Positions 1 through 12,869 of a stretch of 64,000 bases of DNA are shown here, piece after piece. The notes beneath the pieces were generated by a model. That model searched no databases. It was not told the DNA's origin and saw nothing but the letters and a program-made list of their open reading frames with translations. The first letter of the stretch is position 1. The number at the start of each line of letters is the position of its first letter. Source of the stretch: Pavona decussata (Eukaryota); the NCBI GenBank assembly GCA_977016875.1, contig CDRNST010000067.1, positions 558,001-622,000 of the forward strand, written 5' to 3'. The position numbers and the translations under genes were made by a program.

Positions 1-37
1 ATGTCATACAATGTGATGCTAACATTGATGTGCTGTA

Positions 38-90
38 CTACTGCTACTAATACAACTACTACTACTAATAATAGTAATAATGATAATAAT
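38..90. repeat. Degenerate (ACT/AAT)n microsatellite
   Basis: ctactgctactaatacaactactactactaataatagtaataatgataataat. Confidence 0.7.
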
Positions 91-309
91 CTTTATTCAA
101 TCAATAAAAGACATCAAAAGTTAGAAACATCAACTTTACATTCAAGAAAGTGAAAGAAACAACTATATTACAATTCAAACTGAGTCAAATTGCTAAGTCA
201 TAGTTAAAACATGGCCTATTTATAAACCAACTAACAGATGGAACCCCATATCCCCGTTTTATTCACATCCAGATTGTTGTACCACACGAGAAAATTTTTA
301 AAAGCCTGC

Positions 310-1052
310 ATGTTGTATAGCCCGTTCCCCCCTGGCCCCCTTACCGTTGGGGGTTCTGTCATTGAAAGCGTTGTGACCTATAAGCTCTTAGGTGTCTATA
401 TCTCTGAAGATCTTTCATGGAACGTACAAATAGAGCATGTAGTAAAAAAAGCCAACAAGCGTTTGTACGCACTGCGTGCGCTTAAGAAGAGTGGCCTCAC
501 TATCAAGCAGCTTGTGCAAGTGTACTGTAGCATTGTACGATCTTTACTAAAATATGCCTGCCCTGTTTGGGCAGCCCAACCAAAGTACTTAGATGACATA
601 TAGAATCTGCACAAAAAAGGCCCCTACGCATCATTCTGCCGAATTGTCACTATGGCGATGCCCTAATTCAATCTGGCATCACTGCCCTTTCCCAGAGAAG
701 GGAGGAAGCTTGCACAAATTTTATCAAGCGTGATTGCCTGTCTTCTCCTGTCCTGAAGCCATTAATTCCTTGCATGTCAATTAACAGGCCATACTGCCTC
801 CGATCAGGCGATCGTGTTCCAGTGCTTTTTTGTCCCCAAGACAAAGGGGTTCGCAGATTTCTGCACCATCAAGTATCAAGACCAGTTGTAATCCTTTTCT
901 CTGTTATGTTTTCTCTGTTATTTAATGCTTCTAATCATATTCATATAATTATTTATTTGACTGTCTTGTACTATTGTCACTGACCATCCTTGTGATTCAG
1001 CCTTTTAGGCCGCGAGAGGGATATCAATAAACAATTATTATATTATTATTTG
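310..1052 (+). mobile_element. 5'-truncated CR1/L2-like LINE: RT C-terminus, 3' UTR and (TTA)n tail
   Basis: ORF 238-603 has YKLLGVYISEDLSWN..HVVKKANKRLY..L..VYCSIVRSLLKYACPVW (non-LTR RT thumb region). Ends in aataaa followed by attattatattattatt. Confidence 0.8.
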
Positions 1053-1059
1053 TTATTTT

Positions 1060-3135
1060 TTTCCCACACCTGTTATGTTGGTGTTTTTCAGAGATGAATA
1101 GAAGGCAGCATGAGGGGGCAGTGTTGTCTTGTTCAGCTTATTTAACCCATCCACCCACTCGTACGGGAAGAAACCTTTCGTCTGGTCGCACTCATACCCG
1201 CTTAGAAAATGGTCATAGCTGAAGCCTGGCGCAACATAGCTCAATATCCAGGAGCTTCAGAAAATCTGTCTTGAGACACATATGGTTGTTGTTTCTCTTG
1301 ACAGTGAACTTGATAGGATGGTGTTTTATCACGTATGGGAACAGAAATTTTTTCGCAGCATTCAGATCATACTTGCCAGAATTAAAACCTAGCACGGGTA
1401 GCTCATTAAGGTAAACGTTCAGTTTTTCTTCCAGTTTGGTCAACACTTTGTTGTCACTAGTTGATGCCTCTCTAAGGAGCATATCTTCACAGTCCGCAAT
1501 TTTTTGTCATCTCTGCCTCAGTTCTTTCCTTCTGTTCTGGTCCAACTCTATGTTCAATCTTCTGTAAAATGATATATCTTCATGTTTTTGTCTCATCATC
1601 GAGAAATGCGTGATCTTCGTTCTCTGGTTCAATTTCTTCTCCATCGTCTTCATCATCACTTGTCATTAAGTCGCTATCTCTTACATTGTCTCTCAATTCT
1701 TCTTCGCTATCTTCCTCTTGTTGGCTTTCAGCTTGCTGGCCCTCTTCAATGTCCACCAGAATTTGTGCTAATCGGGCTTCATGAGTTTCACTGTTATTCG
1801 GACCTCTTGCCGTTTTAAGAGCTTCAAACACGTCTGCGCACCGTTGGCGTAGTAGGGATGAACTTTTGGTGCTTACCTGTGAGGTACTGGATAAATTCTT
1901 CAATAAACTAGTTTGGGTCGCTGTTAGACATGAAACACTTCTGTTCTTCATAACCAGGCACATTACTACAGACGCTCTCGCTCAAAGGCACATGAGATGA
2001 CTGCCAATTCAACTTTTCTTTGTTTTCAGTTCTTCCGCTTTCTCCTCGGCAAAGTAACATTAAAAATCAAATGTGCCGTGGTAGGGAAAATAGCGGGCTT
2101 CTTCTGGTACAATAATTCCTTTGCCTTCCAGTTCTTCAAAGATCGTTTTAGGGACATGGTACGCACCACTATGGTAGTTGGGGTGGGCTTTGCCATCACA
2201 GGTTTTTTGGTGTTGATTAAGCCCGAATCTGTCCTTCCAGTACTATCCACAGCGAGAACATCTAAAGGATTTGGAATATTGGGCAAGATCTTTTATGTAG
2301 GAGAAATGGTTTTCATAGAGGTTGAGGGAGTGCTTTCGTAATGGTGATGTGAATGGCGAACAAGTGTGGCAGTGAAATTGACTGTACACTTGGATGTTGA
2401 CTTCAAACAACTTTTCTAGGTCGTCCAGTTGAGTGAACTTCACTCTATGAAATTTTTTTTTTCCCAACCCAGCTTCTCAGTACTCGCTTTATAGTGCTTG
2501 GTATCTCTCTAATTTCTTCATGTGACAGCCATTATGGAGGGCCAGACAGCGTAAAAAACACAGGTTGTCTTCATACGGTTTACCTGTTCTTATCTTTGTC
2601 TAGCGCGTTGATTCCATGGTTTCCGGTGATATAACCTAGTAGATATTTGCCACGACCATTTGGGTGATCGCGAATTTTCCACACGAACAAGGTAACATTC
2701 GTCAGGAGATCCACGGCCCATTTACAGTTAGGCCTCTGCTGGCGTATCCACTCCAGGAAATCGATGTAGTTTACTTGTTCATACAAGCACTCTAAATCGT
2801 CTTGATTGGAGTTAAAAAAAACGGTTGTTAAATCACCAGGTTGTTGTTGACCGATGGATGGTGATATTGGAGAGCTGCAGTCTCTGTATTACAGAGAATA
2901 AAACCAAACAAGAAATTCACTTTGAACACAGTAGGCTGGTCAGCAAAGATGTGGCTCAGTTCTTCACAGAGAGCAGTGGGACTTACTGTGGACAGGCGAA
3001 AATTATACCAATCTTGAAGTCAGTTTTGGCGGCCAAATCTGGTCAGGATTTGTGGCGAGTATTTTCTGTACATTTGGGCAATATCTGCTTCGCCACTTGA
3101 AACAAGGTTGGCTGAAATGAGAATAGGATCAGGAT
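1060..3135 (-). pseudogene. Polinton/Maverick (adintovirus-like) protein-primed DNA polymerase B remnant, N-terminal and exonuclease regions
   Basis: Collinear frameshifted fragments: FKVNFLFGFILCNTET (~2890-2930), NVTLFVWKIRDHPNG, LDDLEKLFEVNIQVY, YIKDLAQYSKSFRCSRCG, PYHGTFDF, LPVLGFNSGKYDL (ExoII-like), YVAPGFSYDHFL..KGFFPYEW..LPPHAAFYSSLK. Confidence 0.75.
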
Positions 3136-3139
3136 GCCA

Positions 3140-3408
3140 GCTAGCAATGGTACTCGTACTTGCTTGGTCTGACCTCTTTGAAGACGAATAGAATATGAAC
3201 TGTATTTTATTCCAAGGATTGTCAGGCTCGACTCCTAACTAAAGGTTACAACACTCCAAACGGTCCAATTTCGCAAGGATTGCAAAGATTGCATAACTTC
3301 GCTAAAGGTTCACAGATCACCAAGGTGGCTACAAGAACACAACGCATTTTTTTGGGATCTCTCCCAGAAGGCTTAGCGCTCTGCTAAACCTTTACGTCAT
3401 CGCATACA
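3140..3408 (-). repeat. Probable 3' LTR of Bel/Pao element
   Basis: On the minus strand a purine tract (agggggaag, 3409-3417) directly precedes TGT at 3408, and an AATAAA lies at ~3206-3211. The distal end is uncertain. Confidence 0.5.
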
Positions 3409-5921
3409 CTTCCCCCTGTGGACCATGAAGAATGGTTAAACCTTCTATACCTAGCATCAAATATCGAAAAGAATTAAAAATAATAACTCAGTGAATATAG
3501 TCTCACACAAAAAAAACCGTTCTGTTCAATGTTCAGAACAGATAACAAACTTAATGTTTGTCTTGTAGTTCAGCAATCCACTGTCTTCCTTTTCACTCTC
3601 CCTTGACTGCAGCTGTACGCCACTCTCGATTTCCTCTTGCTTGAGCTTGCGTCGGCTGTTCCGGTGATTTAGGTACTTGCTCCTGAGGAGTTCCTTCATT
3701 CGTAGAACAGCTTACTTCCAGTGGGTACAACAATTTTAGTGGTCTCTTTAAGAGTCCACCTCTGCCCTCCCTTAGACTCTGACCTCAGCACCTTTACTCT
3801 GCCCATCCTTCCTCATCAGAAGGCATTCAGCGAGTTAGATGCTTTGATGTTTGCCTTCCTCTCCTGGGCGAAGACTCTACTGCCGGGTTCTGCATTTTCC
3901 TGCTCTATCTTCTTTAAGGTTGCTAACTCCTCCTTGAATGTAATATTCTGCACTGCATGAATGATTGTGCACTCTGCGCATTTCTTCATTGTCACTTTGT
4001 TTCTTGCACACGTGATCTCTTAAGCTCTTGACGTAGTGTAGACACAGACTGACTGCTCATTTGGCAAGGTTTGTGTTCTCTTAATCTGTCTGTTCAATCT
4101 GTGTGGTTGCCATGGCGACAGATTTTTCAACTTCGGGATCATCTTCATTCAGCTCAAGACTGGCCTGAGTATCTTCTCGGTTACTAGTTGGCCACTGGTT
4201 TTCCTTCTCCCTCATGAAAGCTGGGCCAGTGATCCATCGGGAATCCAACAGCTCTTGTGCTTTCATTCCTCTCGAAGCCTCGTCCGCTGGATTCAGTTTA
4301 GGCTCAATGTACTTCCATTGCTCAATGGAAGTTTTGTCCTGGATGTCTTGTACTCTGTTAGCAATGAGCACATGGAATCGTCTGCTCTCACTGCTAAAAT
4401 AACTAAGCACCACTTGGCTGTCCGTCCAGGGATATTATTGATCAATTCTGACGCAGCTGTTGGCTTATCCTTACTGAGCACACAGCAGCAGTCAGGTATG
4501 GTTACTGGTTTGAGTGGCGCTACTCTAGACTTGCCCATGACAAAGGAGCAGTGAATTCTCTGGTTTTCATCATTCAGGCGCGAGTAACTGCATTGGCCAT
4601 AGCCTTTGTTGGTTGCTACTGAGAAATGGTGGAGTTCTGTTCTCAACATACGGCCAAAATTTAGTGGCTTGTAACATCTGGGGATCGAGATGCTCCATAT
4701 TTGCAGCAACTCTGCTCTCCACTTCGTCCACCTAACCTTCGCATCCTCTGGTATCGGTTCATCCCATTCTACGTCAAGGCGGCACAGCTCCTGAAGAATT
4801 GACTTCCCTTCTAACAAGAGTTGAGCAAGGAATCCAAGAGGATCGAAAACTGAGCTCACAGTTGAAAGTATTCCTCGTCTAGTGCATGGCTTGTCTTGCG
4901 ACACGATGGTGAACCAAAAACAGCCAGTCTCAACGCACCACTGAACACCGAGTGCACGCTCTAAGGGAAGTGAATCGAGGTCTAAGTCTAATGTTTTAAC
5001 ACCATCTGCTCGGTCTGACTCCGGTATTCTTCTAATGACTTATTTCCTATTTAAAACAAACTTGTGGAGACAAAAACCTTCATAGCTGCATATCTGCTTA
5101 ACATTCGCAACCAGCTCTACTGCTTCACTAACGGAGGGAATGGACTTTAGACCTTCATCAACATAGAAACCGTTGCGAAGGAAGTTTGCAGCAGTAGGAC
5201 CAAACTCATTCTCGTAATCGTTCGAAGTTGACTACAAAGCAAAGTTAGCGCAGCCCAGCGACAAGGTAGCTCCAAACAAGTGCACAGTTATCCTGTACTG
5301 CTGAGGATCTTTAGTGGCATCGCCATCCTCCCACCAGAGAAACCGTAAGAAATCCCTCTGTTCTTTGTTTGCTTTGACTTGATGGAAGATACCCTCTATA
5401 TCGCACATGAACGCAACATACTCCCGGCAGAATCTCACTAGTACGCCAGTCAGGTTGTTTGTCAAGTCAGGGCCTTGAAGCAGATTCTTGTTTAATGATT
5501 CATTTTCAAATGCTGCAGCACAGTCAAACACACCACCGATTTTGTTTGGTTTTTTTGTGGTGATAGACACCATGGTGCGGAATGTAGCAAACACTGCGCT
5601 TCCTTTCTGGTTTGACACTGGATACATCCTCTACCTTTGGCACCTTTTCGGCATATCCACTGTCTATCATCTTTATAAATTGCACATGGTCTTTGCGGTA
5701 TTTCTGGTTGTTTCTTGATTCAAACCCTCTTTTAAGCTGATTGAGGTGGCAAAGCGCTGCATCCCTATTCAATATCTTCATTCTTCAAAGGCACTGGGAG
5801 CTCGTAGTGCCCATCTTTGCACTAATGGATCCCTTGCTCAGCAATTTGAAGAAACTTTCTATCTTCTTTGTATAGACCGTGCCTCTGTTTGAAAAAGAGT
5901 CTGCTTTTAAGGTACGAATGT
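3409..5921 (-). mobile_element. Bel/Pao LTR retrotransposon pol remnant (RT, RNase H, integrase C-terminal tip; integrase core missing)
   Basis: EDRKFL..DGHYELPVP; YIPHHGVY; FDCAA..SLNKNLLQGPDLTN..DIEGIFHQV..FLRFLWW..HLFGA; TRRGILSTVSSVFDPLG; ANRVQDIQ..NPADEASRG; TLKRPLKLLYPLE at ~3718-3755. Confidence 0.88.
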
Positions 5922-6276
5922 CAGGGTTGTCAACTCTCCCGTATAATCACAGAGTCTCCAGATTTAGAGCCGTATCTCCCGGTCTCCAGATTTATCTCTC
6001 CAATCTCTCGAAATTTTGAGCCATATCTCCCGGTGTCCAGATTTATGTCTGGAATCTCTAGATTTTCAGCCTGATTTCTACAGATTTATGTCTGTAATCT
6101 CCCAGATAATTGACGAAGTTTGCTATTTGTTGTAGACTAGACTCCCCCCCCCCCCCCCCCCACCACTGAACCAGTGAATTTGGCCTTGATGCGACACCTC
6201 TGCAAGGTGCTTTGTTATTGCTGGCCAGGGAAGTCATATTCTCCATATTTCAAGTTGTACGAGGTTGACAGCCCTG
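5922..6276. mobile_element. Non-autonomous hAT-like MITE
   Basis: Termini cagggttgtcaact...aggttgacagccctg; internal repeated tctcccgg/tccagattt motifs; no clean 8-bp TSD. Confidence 0.55.
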
Positions 6277-6841
6277 GAATAATCACCTGCATTTAAATGT
6301 CACGTTCGATCCGAGCTTTGGTGCTTCTTCTTTTGTAAGCTCTTCTCCGCCTCCCGTTGTCACTTTTGGTGCTGTTGGTCCTATTGCCCCAGTAGCTTTG
6401 CGTTGATCTCGTCGTTTTCTCGTTCCAAACGGCTTGCTTCAAAATGCTTCTGGAGGAGTAACATCGGGCTTCAATGACCAAGTGTTGACCTCCACGCCGA
6501 AGTGCACACAAAGATTACAATAAACAAACATGATGCAGTTGATGATATGTTCGTTTAACCCTTTAAACCGTATGATCAAGATATGGTGGGGAGAAGTTGT
6601 TTAAATATCCAGCCAATTAATCTCGTGTGATCATGTTTATAATTCTCAAAACCACCATGTTTTTTACAAAGCATTCGTGCTGATCACTCATAGAGCTTAA
6701 AGGGTTATAACAGGCTCTACGTGTGGTATAAAATGACAAAATAAATAATTGTAAGTTGAAACTCTTTCACAAAATGGTATGTCACAAGCAGTCAAGATGC
6801 AAATCTAGCTACACTGTATTTTAATGGTCTCTTGTAATCAA

Positions 6842-6912
6842 CTAGTCTCCTTCGCAGCCGTTATTAGGGTCGTCACGCAACGCTCCTCCCCACTAGCTGC
6901 GAAGGAGACCAG
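6842..6912. repeat. Short palindromic MITE remnant
   Basis: ctagtctccttcgcagc...gctgcgaaggagaccag inverted ends. Confidence 0.55.
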
Positions 6913-7441
6913 TAATCAACATGAGAACCCCTTAAATGCAATGCATAAGTGGTGAAAAATTGACATTGAATGTGATGACTTTCTCAGAAATGTACATATT
7001 TGTCAAGAACCACTCACAAAAGTTCTGGTTAACATTTGGCAGGGATACACTTCAGGAAACAAGGTGGATTATTTTAAAACAACTAAAATTTAACAGTGGA
7101 AATTTAAAGAACAATAATCCAGTTTTCCTTTAACAAAGGATATCTAAAAAGTTGTGGGAAAAATATCGCTGGAAGAGTGTTAACACAAGAATATTGTTTA
7201 CAAGTTTGTTTCAGATAAATGATGGGAGTAATATATTACATGTAGCAAGAGTCTCAGCAAACATACAAAACCTGTTTAATTAAAGGCATGTTTATAGCAC
7301 AGTTATTGGATTGTTTCTATGGAAATAACATGTCAGAAGTATCAAAAACTGTGTTCAGCCACATATGCTAAGCCAAAACCAGTATTAAGTAACTGTAATC
7401 TTAACTATCAGCCTACAAATGTTGTTGTTAGAGTAATCCAT

Positions 7442-7637
7442 TGTGTAGCTCCAGAAAATGTCCATACTCCCCCCACAGAAGGGATTGGAAATTCCGGAGG
7501 GGTGGGCGGTCTCAAAGCCCCAAATATGTAAGTAAATGTATGAAGCTTGACTGGAATTTCCAGAGAGGCGGGGAAGGGGGGGTCTAAGGAAAAATCCATC
7601 CCATGGGGGAGGTATGGATATTTTTTGGAACTACACA
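7442..7637. mobile_element. MITE with ~25-bp TIRs
   Basis: tgtgtagctccagaaaatgtccatac ... gtatggatattttttggaactacaca. Confidence 0.75.
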
Positions 7638-7959
7638 TTCTATTGCAGCTGCAAATTGAAAAATGTTTTTAAATGTTGTTTGAAACCACATTTCAGACAT
7701 TAACCAAGGGTCATACGGAACTTTTAATTTCAGAATATTTTCAGAATAACTTCAAGCATATTGCATTCTTTTCACACTTTTTAAGGGCTGTAAATGCAAT
7801 AAGTTGTACGAAATAACTCCAAATGAGAGGATCTTTGTTGAGCCCAAGGAAAAGACCTCAAAAGTCGCACTTTTCACAAAATGAAAAATTACGAATGATG
7901 ATTTTACTTGTGTTTTCTCATTTCCTGTGAAATTTGACATTTATTTTCTCGGGCTGGTT

Positions 7960-9772
7960 TATCACCTTCTATCAGTGGGTAACACAGTGGTTCTCAATCC
8001 TCCAAACCACAATTACAAGAGGTAGAACAGTTGTCACAACATAAATGTGCAGGATCTTTGGAATGACATACCACGTCAAAATAACTGAGCAAGTGTTTAC
8101 GTCTACATTCCTTCGATTTAATATAAGCTCTGACATCCTTTTCAACATGCATCAGCTGCATTCCTTGGTACAACAGGAAAGCTGCACCATCTCTTCCAGC
8201 TCTGTCACTCTCTTGCATGTAAAATTCAACATTTTTAGCTGGACCAAAATGTATTGTTCAGTGGACTTGCTTACAATAAATGCCCATGCCAAAAGCAATT
8301 GTTGCAACTAATTAAGAATTGATTCATGCTTAGCGTGCGTATATCGAGTTATGGATGCATGCGCATTTGGAAAACAGGTTTTGTTTCCTGATTAATTACA
8401 AAATTCTTTGTAAAAAGAAGAAAAGTGATTTCTCATATCGGTTTAATCTAAACGTTTCATTAAACTTTGACATGCTCTTATAAATATACATTTTTTATGG
8501 TGTTGTCTCTCAGTAAAACATTTTTCATAACATAGCGCGCGCATGCTTCCCCTATCTGACTTGCACGGGTCATCTGATGGATGCACGGCCGTGCATATGT
8601 TGAGAAATGTACCGTAATGACGCCAATAGTAATTAGATTAGGATGCACACGCACTATGTTATAAAAATGCGAATAGGTCCGTGATCACTCTGGAAGGATG
8701 CAAGGGTGTGGTCCTTGTTTAACTGTGGGGTGCAAAAGTGTAGCATTTCTAGTATTAGCAACACAGCCTTTGGATCTCTTTCTTCTGAGCTATAGATTTT
8801 GTCCCCAAAGAGGGTCTTCACTGTTGAGTACATAACGGCACATTGTTTGATAGTGTGTGTGTAAATGATGGTTCTGGTTGCTGCTGAGCCACAGTCTTTC
8901 ACCTCATCGGCTATCCAGAAGAAATACTCTGCAAGGCTAGCATTTTCCCCATGTATTGTACAACATAGGCTATGTTCTCTTTCTTTGGGTTTTCATGAAC
9001 AATGTGGGAACCATCCGTTAGCAGCACTTCAAATATTGTGTCCCTGGTATCCTTTGTGGCTGTGGCAGTAAATGCAATGAATGGGGTCCTTAGAAGAAGG
9101 GACCAGAACTCGTGCAAATGCAAAAACCTAGAGCCTAGAATGGAAAATATACTTGTATAAATATGTAACCTAAACGAAATATTGGCCAGCTAGAACATTC
9201 AGTTTTTCCAGCTAAAGTGAGTGAAACAAGCGTTCTACTTTTTTAATTTACACGATGTAAACATGAGACGCCAACGTGCAATAATTTTAACAACATCGCT
9301 GATGTTAATAAAACTTTGCTTATAAGCTGAAATAAATGATGATTCTTACCCGCAATAAAGAAATGGAATAAAGCTTACCAGTGGCAAATGACATGTCCCT
9401 CATCAACAGCGACAGCTCTCACTGAACTTTTGTAAACATCGCTCGCCAACTTCTTACACCATCTCTTTTCACCGAGCCAAGACTCTGGTGATCCATACAC
9501 GATTGAATAACTTCCTTTTTCGACTGATCTATATCTTCATTGGAACAAATATCACTAGGTGATACTGCACTTGTTCCAAGGGATGTTAAGCGGCTGACTT
9601 GGTCTTTCATCAGGTTAACCAGTGGCGATACAACGATGACAATGTTCGTTTCACGAGATGGTTGCACATGAGAATACACAACAGGCAAAGCCTGAAATAA
9701 TACAGACTTTCCGAAACCAGTCGGAAGATTCACGAAAACATCGCATACTTTCCTCAACGCATCTTCCGCCAT
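7960..9772 (-). pseudogene. RecQ-like helicase of an AcademH-type transposon (copy 1, spliced, disrupted)
   Basis: DVFVNLPTGFGKS (motif I), VVSPLVNLMKDQV, AVDEGHVICHW|gtaag, AFTATAT, VATIAFGMG, MQESDRAGRDG, CRRKHLLSYF..CCDNC (RecQ zinc domain). Frameshifts and an insert at ~8310-8660. Confidence 0.85.
8309..8660. mobile_element. Short non-autonomous insertion interrupting helicase copy 1
   Basis: Splits ...IRIFI | VATIAFGMG; imperfect inverted ends tagcgtgcgt...gcacacgcacta. Confidence 0.45.
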
Positions 9773-9894
9773 ATTTTCCCACGCGTTAGCGAGAGATCCA
9801 CAAAAAAACTCGCGAGTTACTTCTTGGAATATGCAAGGTGAATTGTGATTGGTCGCTAACTTTTGACGCCACGGAAATTTTTCTCAGCTCGTTT

Positions 9895-9960
9895 TCGCAG
9901 ACATTATTTTTGGGCGGGAGAGAAGCCACCACCAGAAATATGTCTGCTGTTCGCAGGCTA
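9895..9960 (-). repeat. Academ-type terminus upstream of helicase copy 1
   Basis: Reads TAGCCTGCGAACAGCAGAC on the minus strand, with an internal cagaca...tgtctg hairpin. Confidence 0.55.
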
Positions 9961-10229
9961 ACACCTCCAAAACAAAGATTTCACATACACGAAGGTAAAC
10001 CCACACATGGTCTGATTTCACAACCGGATGTTGACATCAGGAATCTTTTCGAAAAATATTCCCCCTTTCAAAAACAGGGAAAATTTGCTTAACTGATAAA
10101 TTATATTAAAATTAGTATCCCACTTGCCCTTGTGTTGTTGTTGAATACTTTATGGTTGCTTTACAAGATATGAGAAGTATTTCATTGAAGTTGATCCCCA
10201 CCTCCCACTCTCTCCCTGCTTGCTTGATA

Positions 10230-12622
10230 CAAATGGCTTAGAGTTCCTAGCCTGACAAGCTATTTTGACTTAAGTATCTATTTGACATTTCCCGTTTGTG
10301 TTTGTCAAGCCACTGATGGAATTCAACAATATTCAAATACCTCAGGGGAGACCTTTTGATCTCAGGAAAGCATTTGTGTCATCTTCCAGGTACTTTTCTG
10401 AAAGGATCCAAGTGTACTAGATCTGCAACCTTCTCCTTTGATCTTTACGAGAATCAGGAGTGGGGTGCTGCACAGAAGTTGGGTGAATACCAGCAGACAC
10501 GTCATATTGTTCCTTTACTTCTTTGATGCCATTAGTTGCCTTGCAGACTTTACTGATGGACTGGACAGTTTTGTTGGGTCCCATTCTCTGGACAACAGAT
10601 TTGCTCAAGGCATTACAAATTTCTTGGGCTACATCATCTTCAATGTTGTTGCCAGCATCACCCTTCCAAATGTAAAAGAAACCCCATTTGAACTCTTCTG
10701 ACAGGCGTGGAGTTAACATACACTCAATCTGTGCAATGGTAACAAACATCTCCAGTGCATATTTGCTGTATGCACCCATGGATTTGAAGACAGAGAGAAG
10801 TAACTTTTGATTGACAAGGGTTCTTTCATCATCTGCCTCTGCTGCAGTGTCTTTCATTCGCAAAATAAGGATGGCGAGGAAAATAAAGCACAGGGCTTAA
10901 TTTTTAACATAATCATCTCCATTCGTGTTGGCATTTTTTTGGAGGAGATACAGAGCAATAAATTTACCAAAAATATCATCAAAATATTTCTTCTTGTTCT
11001 CCTCAGTTTCATGGGAAATGTTTGCTTGGAACTTGTTAAGGGAGGGAACATCCTCAACACTTCCCATTCCGAAGAAGCTAAGAGCTGCGGTTACTATGTA
11101 TGCCCTTCCAACAGTTCTTCACTTCCTTCATACGAATCCAGGACTTTGCATGGGGTGGCATTGCTGCGATTAATTTCTCTCTGAAGTATTTAAGAGTTCC
11201 AACGTGGTTTACTGATTCTCTCTTGTGAAGAAATGAATAAGAGTATTGGAGCAATTATGCTTTTGTATGCCACATGACTGGTTAAATGGGGAACAATGCT
11301 CAAAGCGATCCGATGGAGTGTGGGAGCCTGAGAGCAAATCCTTTGCACCCGTAAATCTAACACAGGTCAACTGGTCACCAGCAAAAGCTATCTTCATTTC
11401 TCTCATGGGATCATCAGGGGTATCTGCCATGTGAGCATTCGTTTGACCAGGTGCTGCTGGTCCCTCTGGCACTGCTCTATGATATTAAATTATTGAGACA
11501 ATGAAAGATAAAAATCAAACAGGTTTACAAAATGTTTAAAATTAAAAACACAGCATATGCATTGCTGTATGTGTTGCTTAATAATCCCTGAAAAAAGGAA
11601 ACATACGCTTTTGTTCACGAACAAGGATTGAAATTCATAACATTTTGATCTTTTGTGTATACAAAAATATTTAGAGACATAGCCTCACCTTTTTTGTACA
11701 TCCACCCTCTATAACCAACTGTTATGACTCGCTTCAAAAGACCAAGTTCATGCCATCTTTCGCTCATAAGGATCGAGTACAAAAAGCTGTACTTAACCTG
11801 AAGATCGGCTGTTATTGAGTCTTTACCAGCGACATTATTCATAAGGGTAATAACGAAAGGAATGTTCCTTTCCATTTCATCCCAAACGCTATCAAAGTTG
11901 AATTCCTTCAGACTTTCGTGGTAGTTACCATATAAAACAGAGCCATCTGAACGTCTGCACAGCTTCTTACAGGCTGTACTCACCTCCTCGCTGATAAGTA
12001 ATCCTATCGCGGAAAGCACATTTGGACAGTGTTTCTTGATAATTCCTGCGGCATTTGACGGTGGCATTAAATTCAATGCTCCTATGATTTGGTTCACATT
12101 GATTAGATGCTCCTGCCCACAAACTTCAGGTGACTGTTCGGTTCCTTTGGCATTTTTTGGCTTAAGAAAGGACGAAGAATCCTTTTCCATGGGTTCCTCA
12201 ATATCTCCTTCATTGTTTTGCGTCGGAGTTTCGCCAAACATTAGCTTTCTAGCGGAGAATTTTCCATGCGTCTCGGTTGCCGCACGCTGGAATGGCTTTT
12301 AATAAGATGGCGATAATTCAGGGCAACCCTTCACTGAACACCTTTGTTCCACTTCAAGCTCGATTTGAATATTTTGACTCTTTTGTTTAAAGTGGCTCAC
12401 CTTAGAGACAAATGCTTCACACTTCCTACAAACCAACTTTGTACAGCAATCTTCGTCACTGATCATAATGTCGCAGGTATCATGAATTTTTGCAGGAAGG
12501 TTTTTGCCAATGCAGCTTTTGCTAAAAACCCCTGAAGGATATGACGGCTATTGTACGCACCACCACAAAGCCGGCACACCGAGTTCCGAGCGTGTATTTT
12601 TTTGGGAGTTGACTGCTCCATA
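10230..12622 (-). pseudogene. Academ-type transposase (DUF6589-like) with N-terminal CRLC..CxxC zinc finger (copy 1)
   Basis: MEQSTPKKIHARNSVCRLCGG start; AGDQLT; SKYALEM..EEFKWGFF..GNNIEDDVAQEICN..MGPNKT. Intron at ~11480-11685; frameshifts. Confidence 0.78.
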
Positions 12623-12799
12623 ATTTGAACAAAAAACTAGCGATATATTTGATTCACAAAACTCACAACTCATAAGCCCGCTAAGTTAATTTATTTTTTG
12701 TATTTTTGCGGGGAAATCCTATGACCAATTAGGATAAAGGATTTATCTGCGGTTGCATAAATTAGCGTTTCACGGCAAATATTAGATAAACTTCTGACC

Positions 12800-12865
12800 A
12801 GCCGAATCCAGGGTCTTTTCCTGCCCGCCCCCCACGAGAAGGGGAAAGCCCTTGGAAGGATGTTG
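12800..12865 (-). repeat. Degenerate CAACCTCGTTCCCAGG-type terminus upstream of Academ transposase copy 1
   Basis: Minus strand reads caacatccttccaagggctttcc, with inner ccagggtctttt forming a hairpin. Confidence 0.45.
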
Positions 12866-12869
12866 GAAG

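Noticed and set aside
6144-6162. Poly-C tract (also ~14268-14282) as a functional element
   Set aside because: Homopolymer runs within repeats; no supporting context.
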